Shown piece after piece: positions 32,440 through 43,056 of a stretch of 64,000 bases of DNA (its first letter is position 1; each line of letters starts with the position of its first letter). The notes under the pieces were generated by a model that searched no databases, had not been told where the DNA came from, and saw only the letters and a list, made by a program, of their open reading frames with translations. Made by a program: the position numbers and the translations under genes. The DNA is from Candidatus Binatia bacterium (GTDB lineage Bacteria > Desulfobacterota > Binatia > UBA9968 > JAJDTQ01), in NCBI GenBank assembly GCA_963666515.2, contig OY762897.2:1280001-1344000 (forward strand), read 5' to 3'.

Positions 32440-33377
32440 AGCCGCCCCTCAAGAAATTCGCCAAAATGCTCGCGTCCGCACTCCACTTGCAACGTAATAA
32501 GGTGCAGGTCGCGCGCCTCACGCAGTTGTTCATCAGTCAGGCGGCGGGGGTCCCTGATCCAACCCAGCCGCCACAAGTGCTCGCGCTGGTAGTCGATTCG
32601 GCAATGGACCAGTTCGGCGGTAAGCGTGTCGGCCGAGTCGGGCGACAGGTGCACGGTAGCGCCGTATGGATGCTCCCGCGGGACCGGAAAGAAGAACTCG
32701 TGCATGCCATTGTCGAGGACGGTGGGCATTGCGCAGGCGGCGGACCCTTCCCGATGGGCCGAAAAGACCTCCGCGAGGGGGTAGCGCATCAACGCGACTG
32801 CGAGCGGGGCACCACCGGCGAGCCCGTAGTGCCCAAGCCCGAGCCGGTCGCGGAGCGCGTGGGGCCAATCTACGTCGTCCGCTTCTTGTTTCACCTCGTC
32901 ATAGAAGGCGACAAAGGCGGGCCGGGCGTCCCGGCGCTGATTCCATGTATCGAAGAATATCTGGACTACCCGGAGCGCATCGGAAACGCCGTTGTCCGCC
33001 TGTTGCAGCAGTCCGTCCAAATCCTCGAGTAACAGGCCGCTGGTCTGTAGTGGTTGGGTGAGGGCCTCGATACGGACCACGGACTGGTTGTCGGAGAGAT
33101 CGTCGAGCCAAGCGTCCTTATTGATGTCGAGAAAAGCATCGGGCAAGTTGAGGCTTGAGACATTGTAGTACCGCTCCAAATGCAGCCGATTGGTTTCGCT
33201 CCAGTCCTGCCACTGAATCCCATCGGCACCGGCTGTCACTTCTGCAAGCAGGTCATCAAACCGTTGCCACCGGGCAACGCCTGCCCGCTCGTCAAAGCGG
33301 CAATTGTCAGCCACGGCAGCCACGACGGTGTCGGTGGAGCGGCTGTGATGCTGTAGGAAGTCCTTGTGAATAGTCAC
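32436..33377 (-). CDS. Hypothetical protein, possibly enzymatic
   Basis: GTG start after purine-rich RBS; motif-like blocks RPAFVAF, LRDRLGLGHY, PTVLD, ELVH.RIDY. Confidence 0.72.
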   Translation of the reverse strand: MTIHKDFLQHHSRSTDTVVAAVADNCRFDERAGVARWQRFDDLLAEVTAGADGIQWQDWSETNRLHLERYYNVSSLNLPDAFLDINKDAWLDDLSDNQSVVRIEALTQPLQTSGLLLEDLDGLLQQADNGVSDALRVVQIFFDTWNQRRDARPAFVAFYDEVKQEADDVDWPHALRDRLGLGHYGLAGGAPLAVALMRYPLAEVFSAHREGSAACAMPTVLDNGMHEFFFPVPREHPYGATVHLSPDSADTLTAELVHCRIDYQREHLWRLGWIRDPRRLTDEQLREARDLHLITLQVECGREHFGEFLEGRL

Positions 33378-33564
33378 CCTTCCGTTCCTGTTGGCAACAT
33401 CTTCAAGCGTTACCGGCAAATATACGCCCGCACATTGCGTAGTGAAAGGGACATCCTGGCTTTGGTTTGACAGGAACACGGACCAAAAACAATTCAAAAC
33501 GGCATTCGGGTCTCCTTGCCACGGTGCCCAAGTGAGGTGGTCATGGTGTAACGCTATCGGGCGC

Positions 33565-33999
33565 TTACCGGCTGAGCATGTAGTCGATGGAAAGCGCTCC
33601 GGCGCCGCCCACCAGAATCGTCAGCGCCATCAGGAAGAGGGCGAGGCAGTACTCGATGCCCATACCCTTGCGGCCGCCGCCGGAGAGGAAGAAGCCGTGC
33701 TCCCAGTGGCTTGCCCAGATGGCCACGGCCAGAAAGATCATCAGCCCCAAGGCCAGCGGACGGACGGCAAAGCCCAGGATCATCGCCGGCACGCTGAGGA
33801 TTTCCGTGAAGACCCCGACGACCCCGATCCAGATGGGGATACGGTATCGCTCTTTCCAGTTGCCCACTTGGCCCATGAGGCCTCGTCCTCCCATCCACCC
33901 GAACAGATGCTGGGTCCCGTGGGCGAAGAAGGTCACGGCCAGCCCCAGCCGCAGGACGATGAAGGCCAGATTCGGTTCCGTTTGAAAGATCGCGTTCAT
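33565..33999 (-). CDS. DoxX family membrane protein
   Basis: LRLGL..FFAHG, GIEY, GAGALSID. Confidence 0.9.
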   Translation of the reverse strand: MNAIFQTEPNLAFIVLRLGLAVTFFAHGTQHLFGWMGGRGLMGQVGNWKERYRIPIWIGVVGVFTEILSVPAMILGFAVRPLALGLMIFLAVAIWASHWEHGFFLSGGGRKGMGIEYCLALFLMALTILVGGAGALSIDYMLSR

Positions 34000-34799
34000 G
34001 CCAGAAACCTCCGTATGGCGGCGTGGGCCGCGTCGGGATTGACGAAAAAATAGCTGTGCTTCTCGCCCTTCAGCTCTACGAAGTCCGCGCCGGGGATCTC
34101 CGCGGCCAGCACGTCCGCGGCCTGCCGCAACGAAGTGTCGCTGGTGACGTGGTGCTCCTCCGCGCCCACCAGGATCAGCGTGGGCACATCAATGTCCTTC
34201 AGCCGGTCCTTGAGGTCGTGCTGCTGGCGCGCGATGACGTGGCGGAAGTACTGCTCCACCGGGTTGAGATGCGCCATCCGCACCGCCAGGTACCCCTCCA
34301 CCCGCTGGGGATACCGCTTGATGAACTCATCGGTGAAACCCACGGTGACGCCGTGGTCCCGCACGTACCGCTCGTAACCCCACTCCACCATCTCCTTGGC
34401 GATGCGCAACGGGATGTCCTTGGTGGAGGGGTAGAAACCGCGGCCTGACGCGCAGATCAGCGCGGAGACCCGGTCGGCGTGGTCCAGCGCCATCACCTGG
34501 GCCACGGACCCGCCCATGGAGTGGCCGCAGACCACGGCGTCCCGGGCGCCGACGTGCTCCAGCACAGCGGCAGCGTCGTCGGCGAAATCCTTGACGCTGT
34601 ACGGCTCCGACGGCCAGTCCGAGCGGCCGGTGCCGCGGTAGTCGCACAGGATCACCTGGTGGTCGCGGGAGAAGGCCGGCACCTGGTGGAGCTTCCAGAC
34701 GTCGCAGTGGCACGCGGTCTCGCTCAGGAACAGTAGCGGGCGGCCGTTGCCGTGGGTCTCGTAGTAGAGCTTCGTTCCTTCCCTGTCGATGAAGGGCAT
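33996..34799 (-). CDS. Alpha/beta hydrolase
   Basis: DYRGTGRS, GHSMGG nucleophile elbow, C-terminal His. Confidence 0.9.
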   Translation of the reverse strand: MPFIDREGTKLYYETHGNGRPLLFLSETACHCDVWKLHQVPAFSRDHQVILCDYRGTGRSDWPSEPYSVKDFADDAAAVLEHVGARDAVVCGHSMGGSVAQVMALDHADRVSALICASGRGFYPSTKDIPLRIAKEMVEWGYERYVRDHGVTVGFTDEFIKRYPQRVEGYLAVRMAHLNPVEQYFRHVIARQQHDLKDRLKDIDVPTLILVGAEEHHVTSDTSLRQAADVLAAEIPGADFVELKGEKHSYFFVNPDAAHAAIRRFLA

Positions 34800-34844
34800 G
34801 GTTGCGTCTCGGCGCCCGCGACTCGCAAGCGCTGAAGGATGTCG

Positions 34845-36293
34845 CTATCGCTCCCGCACCGGATAGCTCATGGGCGCCACGTCGTCGATGGTCTCGCCCA
34901 GCGCGCGCCATTCCGGAACCGAGTCCCACAGCGGCTGGGCGCCTTCCTGGATCTCAGCCAGCAACCCGGCTTCGTCGAAACGCGTGGGACGGCCGTCCTC
35001 CAGCAGCGTCTCCCCGTCCACGATGATGGTCTCGACGTCGCTGCCGCTGCCGCCTTCCACGAATGACTTGATGGGGTCGCGCACGGCGCCGAAGTGGGTG
35101 CGGCGCAGGTCCACCATGATCATGTCGGCCTTGGCGCCGGGCGCCAGCCGTCCCAGGTCGTCGCGCCGCAAGGCCTTGGCGGCGCCCAGGGTGGCGGCGT
35201 TGTACACGTCGTAAGGCTTGCCGGCGCGGAAGCTTCCTTCCACGAGGCGGCAGGCGAGTCCGGCCAGGCGCATCTCGTGCACCATGTCCTGCGGGAAGGT
35301 GTCCGTCCCCAGCACCACGTTGATGCCGCGCCTGCGGTATTCGTCGAAGGATTCCAGCGCGATGCCCATCTTGGCGTACTTGTAAGGGGCGTGGGCCACG
35401 GAGGCGCCGCTGTCCGCCAGCATTGAGAGGTCGTCGGTGTAGGGGTAGTGGCTCCAGGAGTGCCGGTTGTGGAAGACGCAGTGGCCCAGGATCACTTCCT
35501 CGCCCAGGAAGCCCAGGTCGTGAAGGTACTGGATCGGCGTCACCCCGCGCTGCCGCAGGGTCGACTGGAACTCCAGTGGGTTCATGGCGGTGTGGAGCTG
35601 GATGCCGATGCCGAGTTCTCCTGCGGCGCGCTTGGTGGCCTGGAGCAGCTCGGGCGTACAGGTGTCCAGTTGTCCGGGATACAGCATGGCGCGGACGCGG
35701 CCGTTGTGCGCGCCGTCGTGCTGCTTCGCGTACTCCAGGGCCTGTGCCAGCCCCTGCTCTCCGTTGGCCTCGTTCCAGTCCCACTGAATGCGGCCCTGGT
35801 CGTCGAGCACGTAGGCTGCGCTCCGGTAGCCGGCGCCGAGGTAGGCGCGCACTCCCAGCTCGCCGATCATCTCCGTGAAACCCTCGATCATGGTCCCGCG
35901 GGTGCCCACGTCCAGGATGGTGGTGGCGCCGCCGCGCATGGCGGCCCACACGCCGAACTTCCCCTCGACCCCGGCCCGTGGCGGCGGCCCCATGCCCTTG
36001 GCGCCGCGCCGCATGGCGCCGTAGGAAAGGAAGTTCATGCCGAGGTAGTCAGCCTTGCTGGCGTCGTTCAGCATGACGTGGCGGGCGTTGGTGCCGGCGT
36101 GGATGTGGCAGTTGATCAGGCCTGGGCCGATGAGCCGGCCGCGCGCGTCAATGGTACGGTCTACCGGCCCGTCGAATTCGTAGCCGACGTGGACGATGCG
36201 GTCGTCCTCGTAGACCACCACGCCGTCCGGCAGCAGGTCATGGCCGCGGCCGTCGAAACCGACCACCCAGCCGCCGTGGATGAGTGTTTTCAT
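34845..36293 (-). CDS. Amidohydrolase (chlorohydrolase-like)
   Basis: PGLINCHIH, QLH, LGHC, LGTDT, GRLAPGAKAD. Confidence 0.88.
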   Translation of the reverse strand: MKTLIHGGWVVGFDGRGHDLLPDGVVVYEDDRIVHVGYEFDGPVDRTIDARGRLIGPGLINCHIHAGTNARHVMLNDASKADYLGMNFLSYGAMRRGAKGMGPPPRAGVEGKFGVWAAMRGGATTILDVGTRGTMIEGFTEMIGELGVRAYLGAGYRSAAYVLDDQGRIQWDWNEANGEQGLAQALEYAKQHDGAHNGRVRAMLYPGQLDTCTPELLQATKRAAGELGIGIQLHTAMNPLEFQSTLRQRGVTPIQYLHDLGFLGEEVILGHCVFHNRHSWSHYPYTDDLSMLADSGASVAHAPYKYAKMGIALESFDEYRRRGINVVLGTDTFPQDMVHEMRLAGLACRLVEGSFRAGKPYDVYNAATLGAAKALRRDDLGRLAPGAKADMIMVDLRRTHFGAVRDPIKSFVEGGSGSDVETIIVDGETLLEDGRPTRFDEAGLLAEIQEGAQPLWDSVPEWRALGETIDDVAPMSYPVRER

Positions 36294-36396
36294 GTTCGTT
36301 TACCTCGACCGGAACGTCTCCGGCATGGTTGCCGTCTACTCGAAAGGTGCGCAGACTGTCAATCGAACCGCCGGGGGCGACCCGCGGTCGCCCTTG

Positions 36397-38583
36397 TCAA
36401 ATTCCTTCTGCCAGCCGGGCGCGGAGGTTCGTGAGGCGGCGGGTGGAGCGGACGTTCTTCACCGCCATGGCCAGCGCCCGGGGTTGGCCGATGATGACCA
36501 CCAGGCGCTTGCCCCGGGTCACCGCGGTGTAGAGCAGGTTGCGTTGCAGCAGCAGGTAGTGCTGCATGGCCAGGGGAATGACCACCGCGGGGTACTCCGA
36601 GCCCTGGCTCTTGTGCACCGAGGTGGCGTAGGCCAGGGAAATCTCGTCCAGCTCGCCCAGGTCGTAGGGCACCGTCCGGTCGTCGAAGGCCACGTGGACC
36701 TGCCCCTCGTCGAGGTCGACACAGGATACTTGCCCGATGTCGCCGTTGAACACGTCCTTGTCGTAGTCGTTGACGGTCTGGATGATCTTGTCCCGCGGCG
36801 CATAGGTCCAGCCGAAACGGCTGACCTGCGGTTCCGCGCCGGCGTTGAGACGTTTCTGCAATTCCACGTTCAGCGAGCGAGTGCCCAGGCTGCCCCGGTT
36901 CATGGGCGTCAGCACCTGGATGTCCCGGATGGGATTCATGCCGAAGCGCCTGGGGATGCGTTCGGTCACCACCTGGAAGAGCTTGTCGTAGATGTCCTCG
37001 GGGGATTCCGCGGGAATGAAGTAGAAGTCCTGCAGCCCGTCGCCGTCGGGGGTCTCGATGGGCTGGCCGGCGTTGATGCGGTGGGCGTTGACCACGATGC
37101 TGGAGGAGGCCGCCTGCCGGAAAATTTCCGTGAGCCGCACCGTCGGTACCTGCTCCGACTCGATGACGTCCTGCAGCACCGCCCCCGGGCCGACCGAGGG
37201 GAGCTGGTCCACGTCGCCCACCAGCAGCACCGCGGCGTGGGAAGGCACCGCCTTCAGCAGGTGGTTCATCAGCAGGACATCCACCATCGAGACCTCGTCG
37301 ACGATCAACAGGTCCACGTCCAGGGGATCGGCCTCGTCCTTGCGGAAACCCGCCTGCCTGGGGTCGAACTCCAGCAGCCGGTGGATGGTCCTGGCCTCGG
37401 CCCCGGCGGACTCGGAAAGCCGTTTGGCCGCGCGTCCGGTGGGCGCGCACAGCAGCACCTTGCCGCCGCGTCCCTCCACCAGTTTCAGGATGCTGTTGAC
37501 GATGGTGGTCTTCCCGACCCCCGGCCCTCCGGTCAATACCGTGACCTTGCCCTTCAGCACGGTGTCCGCGGCTTCACGCTGGGACTCCGAAAGGCTCAAG
37601 CCGGTGACGGCCTCCACCCACGGTATGGCGCGTCCGCCGTCGATGGCGCCCCAGGGCGGCGGCCCCCTGAGCAACCGCCGGAGGTGGCCGGCCACGCCGA
37701 TCTCGGCACGGTGCAGCGGAGTCAGGAACAGCGCCGGCTCGCCGCCCAGCGTCTCCGCCACCAGGTTTTCGGCCGCCACCTCGAGCCCGATGGCCTGTTC
37801 GACCATCTCGGCGGAGACCTCGATCCGTTCCGCGGTGCGTTCCACCAGCTCGCGCCTTTCCGCCGCGCAATGCCCTTCCGCCGAGCGTTCCCACAGCACG
37901 TGGTGCAGGGCCGCCCGTATGCGGATGAGCGAATCGGGCGGGATGCCGAGCTTGCCGGCGATGACGTCCGCGGTGAGGAAGCCGATGCCGGTGATGTCCT
38001 GGGCCAAGCGGTAGGGGTTCTCGCGGATCCGCTCGATGGCCTGGTCCCCGTACACCCGGTAGATGCGGGCCGCCCGGGCGCTGCCGATCCCGTGGGAATG
38101 CAGGAAGACCATGATCTCCCGGATGGCCTTCTGCTCGCGCCATGCCTCGGTGACCCGCGCCTGCCGTTTGGCGCCGATGCCTTCCAGCGTCAGAAGGCGT
38201 TCCGGGTCTTGCTCGATCACCTCGAACACGTCGCCGCCGAAGGCCTTGACGAGCTGGTGCGCGAAATGCGGGCCGATGCCCTTGATGAGACCCGAGCCGA
38301 GGTACTTCTCGACCCCTTCGAGGGTCGTCGGCGGGATGACCCTCAGCGTGGAGGCGCGGAACTGGAGGCCGTAGGCGGCGTCGTTGACCCACCCGCCGCG
38401 GCAGTCCACCTGTTCACCGGGGTTGATGGCGGCTGCGTTGCCCACCACCGTCACCAGGTCGCGGGCGCCGCGCGCCTTGACCTGGAGCACGCAGAAGCCC
38501 GTGTCCTCGCTGTGGAAGGTGACCCGCTCCACGTGCCCCTGCAGAGGCTCTTCCGGGGCCGCCGGTTGCTTGAGGGCTCTCAC
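36397..38583 (-). CDS. recD2: ATP-dependent RecD2-like helicase
   Basis: YLGSGLIKGIG HhH, GGPGVGKTT, DEVSM, GDVDQLPSVG, HKSQGSEY, YTAVTR. Confidence 0.95.
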   Translation of the reverse strand: MRALKQPAAPEEPLQGHVERVTFHSEDTGFCVLQVKARGARDLVTVVGNAAAINPGEQVDCRGGWVNDAAYGLQFRASTLRVIPPTTLEGVEKYLGSGLIKGIGPHFAHQLVKAFGGDVFEVIEQDPERLLTLEGIGAKRQARVTEAWREQKAIREIMVFLHSHGIGSARAARIYRVYGDQAIERIRENPYRLAQDITGIGFLTADVIAGKLGIPPDSLIRIRAALHHVLWERSAEGHCAAERRELVERTAERIEVSAEMVEQAIGLEVAAENLVAETLGGEPALFLTPLHRAEIGVAGHLRRLLRGPPPWGAIDGGRAIPWVEAVTGLSLSESQREAADTVLKGKVTVLTGGPGVGKTTIVNSILKLVEGRGGKVLLCAPTGRAAKRLSESAGAEARTIHRLLEFDPRQAGFRKDEADPLDVDLLIVDEVSMVDVLLMNHLLKAVPSHAAVLLVGDVDQLPSVGPGAVLQDVIESEQVPTVRLTEIFRQAASSSIVVNAHRINAGQPIETPDGDGLQDFYFIPAESPEDIYDKLFQVVTERIPRRFGMNPIRDIQVLTPMNRGSLGTRSLNVELQKRLNAGAEPQVSRFGWTYAPRDKIIQTVNDYDKDVFNGDIGQVSCVDLDEGQVHVAFDDRTVPYDLGELDEISLAYATSVHKSQGSEYPAVVIPLAMQHYLLLQRNLLYTAVTRGKRLVVIIGQPRALAMAVKNVRSTRRLTNLRARLAEGI

Positions 38584-41063
38584 TGACCGCCGCCGAACAG
38601 TTTCCGGGCGCGCTCTATGAGGTCCCGGATCGGATCCTTGGCTGCTTCCTGGTCCTCGCCGGCCCCCTTTCCGGTTCCCGGAATGCCGCCGGGAATCAGG
38701 TCCAGCAGCCCCTGCACGCCTCGGCCCACGCTCTTCTCCAGGATGCTTTGAATGAGCTTCAGGCCGGGCCGCAGGCGCACGTCCGGGATGGTTCCCCGAA
38801 TGGTGAAGGGCACTTCCATCTGCCCTTGGGGGTTGGTGAGCGGCGTCAATCGCGAACCCGGCAGCAGGTCGGCGGAGAGGCTCTCAGACACCGTGAGCAC
38901 GCCGTCGAGGTCGGTGACGCCTTCCAGGTCCACCCAGCCCTCTCCGGCGATGCCGTAGTCGCGCGCCTTCAGGGTCACGTGCTCGACCACGACCCTTCCC
39001 CGTGACGCCTTGACCTCCGTGTCCACCCGCTCGAACCTGGTGGTTTCTTCCTTGAAGACGTGCGGATACTTGTCCCTGATGTCGCCGCTGAATATCGACG
39101 TCAGTCCCTGAATGCCCGCAAGGCCCCGCAACGCCCGCTCGGCGAGGTTGAACTTCAGCATCCGACCCTCGACCAGCGCCGCCCTTCCCGTTCCTGCGAG
39201 GGTGGGCCTGATGGCGGCCCAGGTCCGGCCCTGCCCGGTGACGTTGACGTCGGCGTCGAGGGCGCCTTCGATGTCGCGGAACCCGTTGACGCCGGCTAGG
39301 TATTGCTGGACGTCGATGCCTCTCAGACGGGCAGTGACCTCGAAGCGCGGCGATTCGCCTTCAATCTCCATGCCGCCGCTGCCCTCCAGGGCTCCTCCCA
39401 GGGTCTTGAGGCGCAAGGTCTCCATCGCCAGCCGCGACCCGGCGACGCCCAAGCGCGCCGTCAGGTCCGTGACGTCCAGTCCCAGAAGCCTTCCCCTGGC
39501 GGAGCTGAGGCTGCCCTCCCAGGCCAAGCCCCCGGGCCAAGTCAGACGCCCGGAGCCGCGGGCGTCTTCCAGCACGGCATCCTCAGGCTGGAGCCCGAGG
39601 TCCGCCAGCCGGAGGGAAGGGGAGGCGAGCCGGTAAGAGACGGTGAGCGGCGCCAGGCTCTCCAGGGCGACCTTGCCGGCAAGCTGGGTGCGGCCGATGC
39701 GGAACGACAACTGCCGAAACGTCGCGGCGTGGTTGGAGAACTCGACGGCCGCCGAAATCGCTTCCAAAGGCGCCGCCAGCCCCGGCAGCCGCGCAGACGC
39801 GTTCTCCAGCGTCACGGCGCCATGGACGCGCGGAACGGCGCCGCCTCCCAGTTTGCCCGTGACCACGAGCTTTGCCGCGGCGTGGCCGGACAGCGCATAG
39901 TCCGACAGCGCGGGCGCCCACCGGCGCCAGCCGCTCACCTCCGCGCTCGCCGTCTCCAGGCTGAGGTCCAGGGCCGCGGGGCTGCCGAGGTGCAGGTCCC
40001 CGCGGCCCTTGATGACCAGGTCGTCCCAGGTCATCTCGAAGCGCTTGGCGACGATGTCCCCGGGCGTCACGCGCGCGTCGGCCTGAAGCCCCAGCGTGGT
40101 CCCCCGGGGCTTGTTCAGGACGCCGTCATAGGTCAATTCGCTATCCGTCAGGTCCACGGCCCCCGCGATCCGCAGTTCCTTCAGGCTGCCCTTGAGCGAG
40201 AGCCCCCGGCTTTGCACGGTCCCCTTGAGTCCCAGGGCTTCCGGCCAGGCCTTGTCGATCCGGGGAAAGGTCCGCCGCAGGTCGTCCCACGACAGCGTCC
40301 CGACGTCGACGGAGCCGTCCACCGGAACCGCATCGGCCGTCTGCGCCCGCTCCAGCGGCCCGACCAGGCCGTCGAAACGGAGGTTCTGGCGGTCCGACAG
40401 GAACGCCGCGGCCAGCACCGCCTTGAACGGGCGGTCCGTGCGCAGGTCGTCGACGCGCAGGTCCAATTTCCCGAGCCGCACACGCCGCCGTTCCTTGCGG
40501 TCGTGATAGTCGAGGCGGCCCTCCGAGACCTCTACGCGGGCAACCGCCAGCTTCACGCCGACCCACGGGATTCTCCCCGCCCATGACTGCGCGTCGCCCG
40601 ACGGCGGGCCGGAAGCCCAGGCCACACCGGGGCGCCCCTCCGGCCGTCCGGGCCGGCGCCCGGCGACGCTGCGCGCTCTCAATCCGCTGAAGTTGTAGAT
40701 GCCCTGCGGGTTGCGGATGACCCGGATCACCGGCCGGTGAAGCTCCACCCGGGTCACGGAGATTTCACGGCGCAGGGGATGGATGGCGAGGTTCACGCGG
40801 ACGTCCGCCGCCCGGAGGAAATGGCCGGCGCCGAAGGCCGGGTCCTCGGCGATGGAGACATCCTGGATGCGCACGCCGATGCCGCCCCGAAGCTTGACGC
40901 TCATGCGCCGGAAGACGATCTTACGGCCGGTGTGCCGTTCGGCCGCGGCGATGATGCGGTCCTTGTTGGAAGCGATGACCGAGTCGATATTGTAGAGGGC
41001 CCATCCTAGCAATGCGGCAACAACTATAATAAGGACCAACAACGCGATGACCAGTTTGCGCAT
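38580..41063 (-). CDS. AsmA family protein
   Basis: N-terminal TM anchor, beta-rich repeats, VPFTIRGT end. Confidence 0.8.
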   Translation of the reverse strand: MRKLVIALLVLIIVVAALLGWALYNIDSVIASNKDRIIAAAERHTGRKIVFRRMSVKLRGGIGVRIQDVSIAEDPAFGAGHFLRAADVRVNLAIHPLRREISVTRVELHRPVIRVIRNPQGIYNFSGLRARSVAGRRPGRPEGRPGVAWASGPPSGDAQSWAGRIPWVGVKLAVARVEVSEGRLDYHDRKERRRVRLGKLDLRVDDLRTDRPFKAVLAAAFLSDRQNLRFDGLVGPLERAQTADAVPVDGSVDVGTLSWDDLRRTFPRIDKAWPEALGLKGTVQSRGLSLKGSLKELRIAGAVDLTDSELTYDGVLNKPRGTTLGLQADARVTPGDIVAKRFEMTWDDLVIKGRGDLHLGSPAALDLSLETASAEVSGWRRWAPALSDYALSGHAAAKLVVTGKLGGGAVPRVHGAVTLENASARLPGLAAPLEAISAAVEFSNHAATFRQLSFRIGRTQLAGKVALESLAPLTVSYRLASPSLRLADLGLQPEDAVLEDARGSGRLTWPGGLAWEGSLSSARGRLLGLDVTDLTARLGVAGSRLAMETLRLKTLGGALEGSGGMEIEGESPRFEVTARLRGIDVQQYLAGVNGFRDIEGALDADVNVTGQGRTWAAIRPTLAGTGRAALVEGRMLKFNLAERALRGLAGIQGLTSIFSGDIRDKYPHVFKEETTRFERVDTEVKASRGRVVVEHVTLKARDYGIAGEGWVDLEGVTDLDGVLTVSESLSADLLPGSRLTPLTNPQGQMEVPFTIRGTIPDVRLRPGLKLIQSILEKSVGRGVQGLLDLIPGGIPGTGKGAGEDQEAAKDPIRDLIERARKLFGGGQ

Positions 41064-41178
41064 GGGAGCGTCCGGTTCCGTCAAAGGGAGAACTTACACC
41101 ATCGCGCCGGGGAACTGAAGGTGAGCGGCGCGCGGTCACGAGACGAAGCTCGCGCACCGCGGGGATGGAGGTCCGGTC

Positions 41179-41592
41179 TTGAAGCGATTCGTATCCGAAC
41201 GCAACGTCGAGTTCGCCGACTGCGACTCCGCCGGAATCGTTTTCTACCCCAACTTCTACACCTGGTTCGACCGGGCCACGGAACGCCTGTTCGCCTCCGT
41301 GGGACTGACCTACCGCGAGATGCAGCAGCGGCACGGCGTCATCGGACTGCCGTTGCTGGAGACCGGCGCCAGGTATCTGCGCCCCTGCCGCCACGGCGAA
41401 CGGGTGCGGCTGGAAAGCTGGGTGGATTCGTGGCGCGAGAAGGTGTTCGTGGTGAAGCACCGGATCGAGTGCGAGGAGGAGCTGGCAGTGGAAGGGTACG
41501 AGACGCGGGCGTGGGCGGCTCCGGCCGAGGCCGCGCCGCGTTCCATGCGCGCCGTGCCCATCCCCGAAGCGGTGCGGGAACTCTTCCGGTGA
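41179..41592 (+). CDS. Acyl-CoA thioesterase (4HBT/FcbC family)
   Basis: FADCDSAGIVFYPNFYTWFD. Confidence 0.88.
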   Translation: MKRFVSERNVEFADCDSAGIVFYPNFYTWFDRATERLFASVGLTYREMQQRHGVIGLPLLETGARYLRPCRHGERVRLESWVDSWREKVFVVKHRIECEEELAVEGYETRAWAAPAEAAPRSMRAVPIPEAVRELFR

Positions 41593-41649
41593 GCGCTCTC
41601 GACCGCGGGCGAAACCGGAAACGGCGTTTCCGACCCGGTCTCCGCAGCC

Positions 41650-42849
41650 GTGCCGTCACCAGTATCCAGTAACGCCCAACGGTGGGGCCGAAGGCTCAAC
41701 TACCTGGCCGGCGCCTGCGTCGCCAGTTCCATGAGCGCCGCGACCACGTTCGTGCCGCTCTACATGAAGAGCCTCGGCTCCTCCTATTTCGTGAGCGGCC
41801 TGCCTCTGGGGGTGCGAGCGGTAGGGCGCTTCACCTTCGACGCCGCGGCCATGGTGATCGCCGGGCGGCGCCTGCCGCCCCAGGCCATGCTGGCCCTGGG
41901 CGTCACCTTCACCGGCATGGCGCTGCTGGCGTGCGGGCTGTTTCCGAGCGCCTACCCGGTCACCGCGGCCTTCTTCTTCATCGGCGCCGGGGTGGCGTGG
42001 GTGCAGATCGCCTTGCGGCAGATCGTGTTCGAGGGAGCCGAATCCGGCCGCCGCGGGCGCGCCTTGGGAATCCTCAGCCTCTTCCTCGGTTCGGGTCCCA
42101 TCGTGGGCATCTTCTTCGGCGGGTTGATCTCCGAGTACTTCGGCTACCGCTACCTGTTCTTCGCCGCGGCCGCGGCCGTCCTGTGGCTGCCGCTGTTGCT
42201 GGTGCGGCTGTCGCCGCGGCGCAAGGAACCCGAAGAGCCGGGAGCCTCGCTGCGGCTGCGGGTGATCCGGGAGATTCTCTCGACGCCCGGCGCAAGCCTG
42301 TTCTGCGTCTCCAGCTTCTTCTCGCTCTTCTACCAGCCCGCCCGCTCCGTGGCGTTGGCCTTCTACGCCACCGAGGCGCTGGGGCTGTCGGTGGCCTCCT
42401 ACGGCGTCATGCGGAGCATCAGCCAGCTCGGCAACGTCAACGGGCGCTTTTTCGGCGGCATCTGGACGGACCGCTCCGGGGTCATGGCCTGTCTGGCCAG
42501 CGGCTACTTCATCTCGGCCGCGGGTTTCGCCCTGGTCCCGTGGACCGATAACTTCTGGTCGCTTTTGATCGTGCACACCGCCATCGGCGCGGGCGCCGGC
42601 ATGGTGAACCTGGCGAGCCAGGTGGGCATCCTGTCCATCTTCCCCTCCGCCCGCCGCGGACAGGCGCTGGCGCTCCAGCGCGCGGTGGGCGACATCGGCC
42701 TTTTCCTGGGCCCAATCGTCGTCAGCGCGGGCCTGGACGCTTTCGGCTTTCTCCCCGTGTTCATGGGACTGGCCGCGCCTCCCCTGGTCTTCGGACTGTG
42801 GACGGCGCTGGGAAGGCCGTTCCCGGCGGACCACGCGCGGGTGGACTAG
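41650..42849 (+). CDS. MFS transporter
   Basis: Multiple TM helices, RRGRALG, GIWTDRSG. Confidence 0.85.
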   Translation: MPSPVSSNAQRWGRRLNYLAGACVASSMSAATTFVPLYMKSLGSSYFVSGLPLGVRAVGRFTFDAAAMVIAGRRLPPQAMLALGVTFTGMALLACGLFPSAYPVTAAFFFIGAGVAWVQIALRQIVFEGAESGRRGRALGILSLFLGSGPIVGIFFGGLISEYFGYRYLFFAAAAAVLWLPLLLVRLSPRRKEPEEPGASLRLRVIREILSTPGASLFCVSSFFSLFYQPARSVALAFYATEALGLSVASYGVMRSISQLGNVNGRFFGGIWTDRSGVMACLASGYFISAAGFALVPWTDNFWSLLIVHTAIGAGAGMVNLASQVGILSIFPSARRGQALALQRAVGDIGLFLGPIVVSAGLDAFGFLPVFMGLAAPPLVFGLWTALGRPFPADHARVD

Positions 42850-42862
42850 ACCTCCCCCCTTT

Positions 42863-43047
42863 CCGTCATTTCCGCGCCCCAAATCGTCATTCCCGCGAAA
42901 GCGGGAATCCAGGAGGGGTTAGGCGGGAAGCGCGCCGCAGCAGCGCCCCGCTACCGCCCCTGGATTCCCGCTTTCGCGGGAATGACGGATTTGCCTTTCG
43001 TCGCTAGGAAGCGGTGTTTGACACAGCCTGTTGCACGGGAATGACGG
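42863..43047. repeat. CGTC-type REP cluster: perfect 29-bp inverted pair nested in degenerate outer copies
   Basis: CGTCATTCCCGCGAAAGCGGGAATCCAGG (42885-42913) and its exact reverse complement (42959-42987), between convergent genes. Confidence 0.88.
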
Positions 43048-43056
43048 GTTGGGGGC

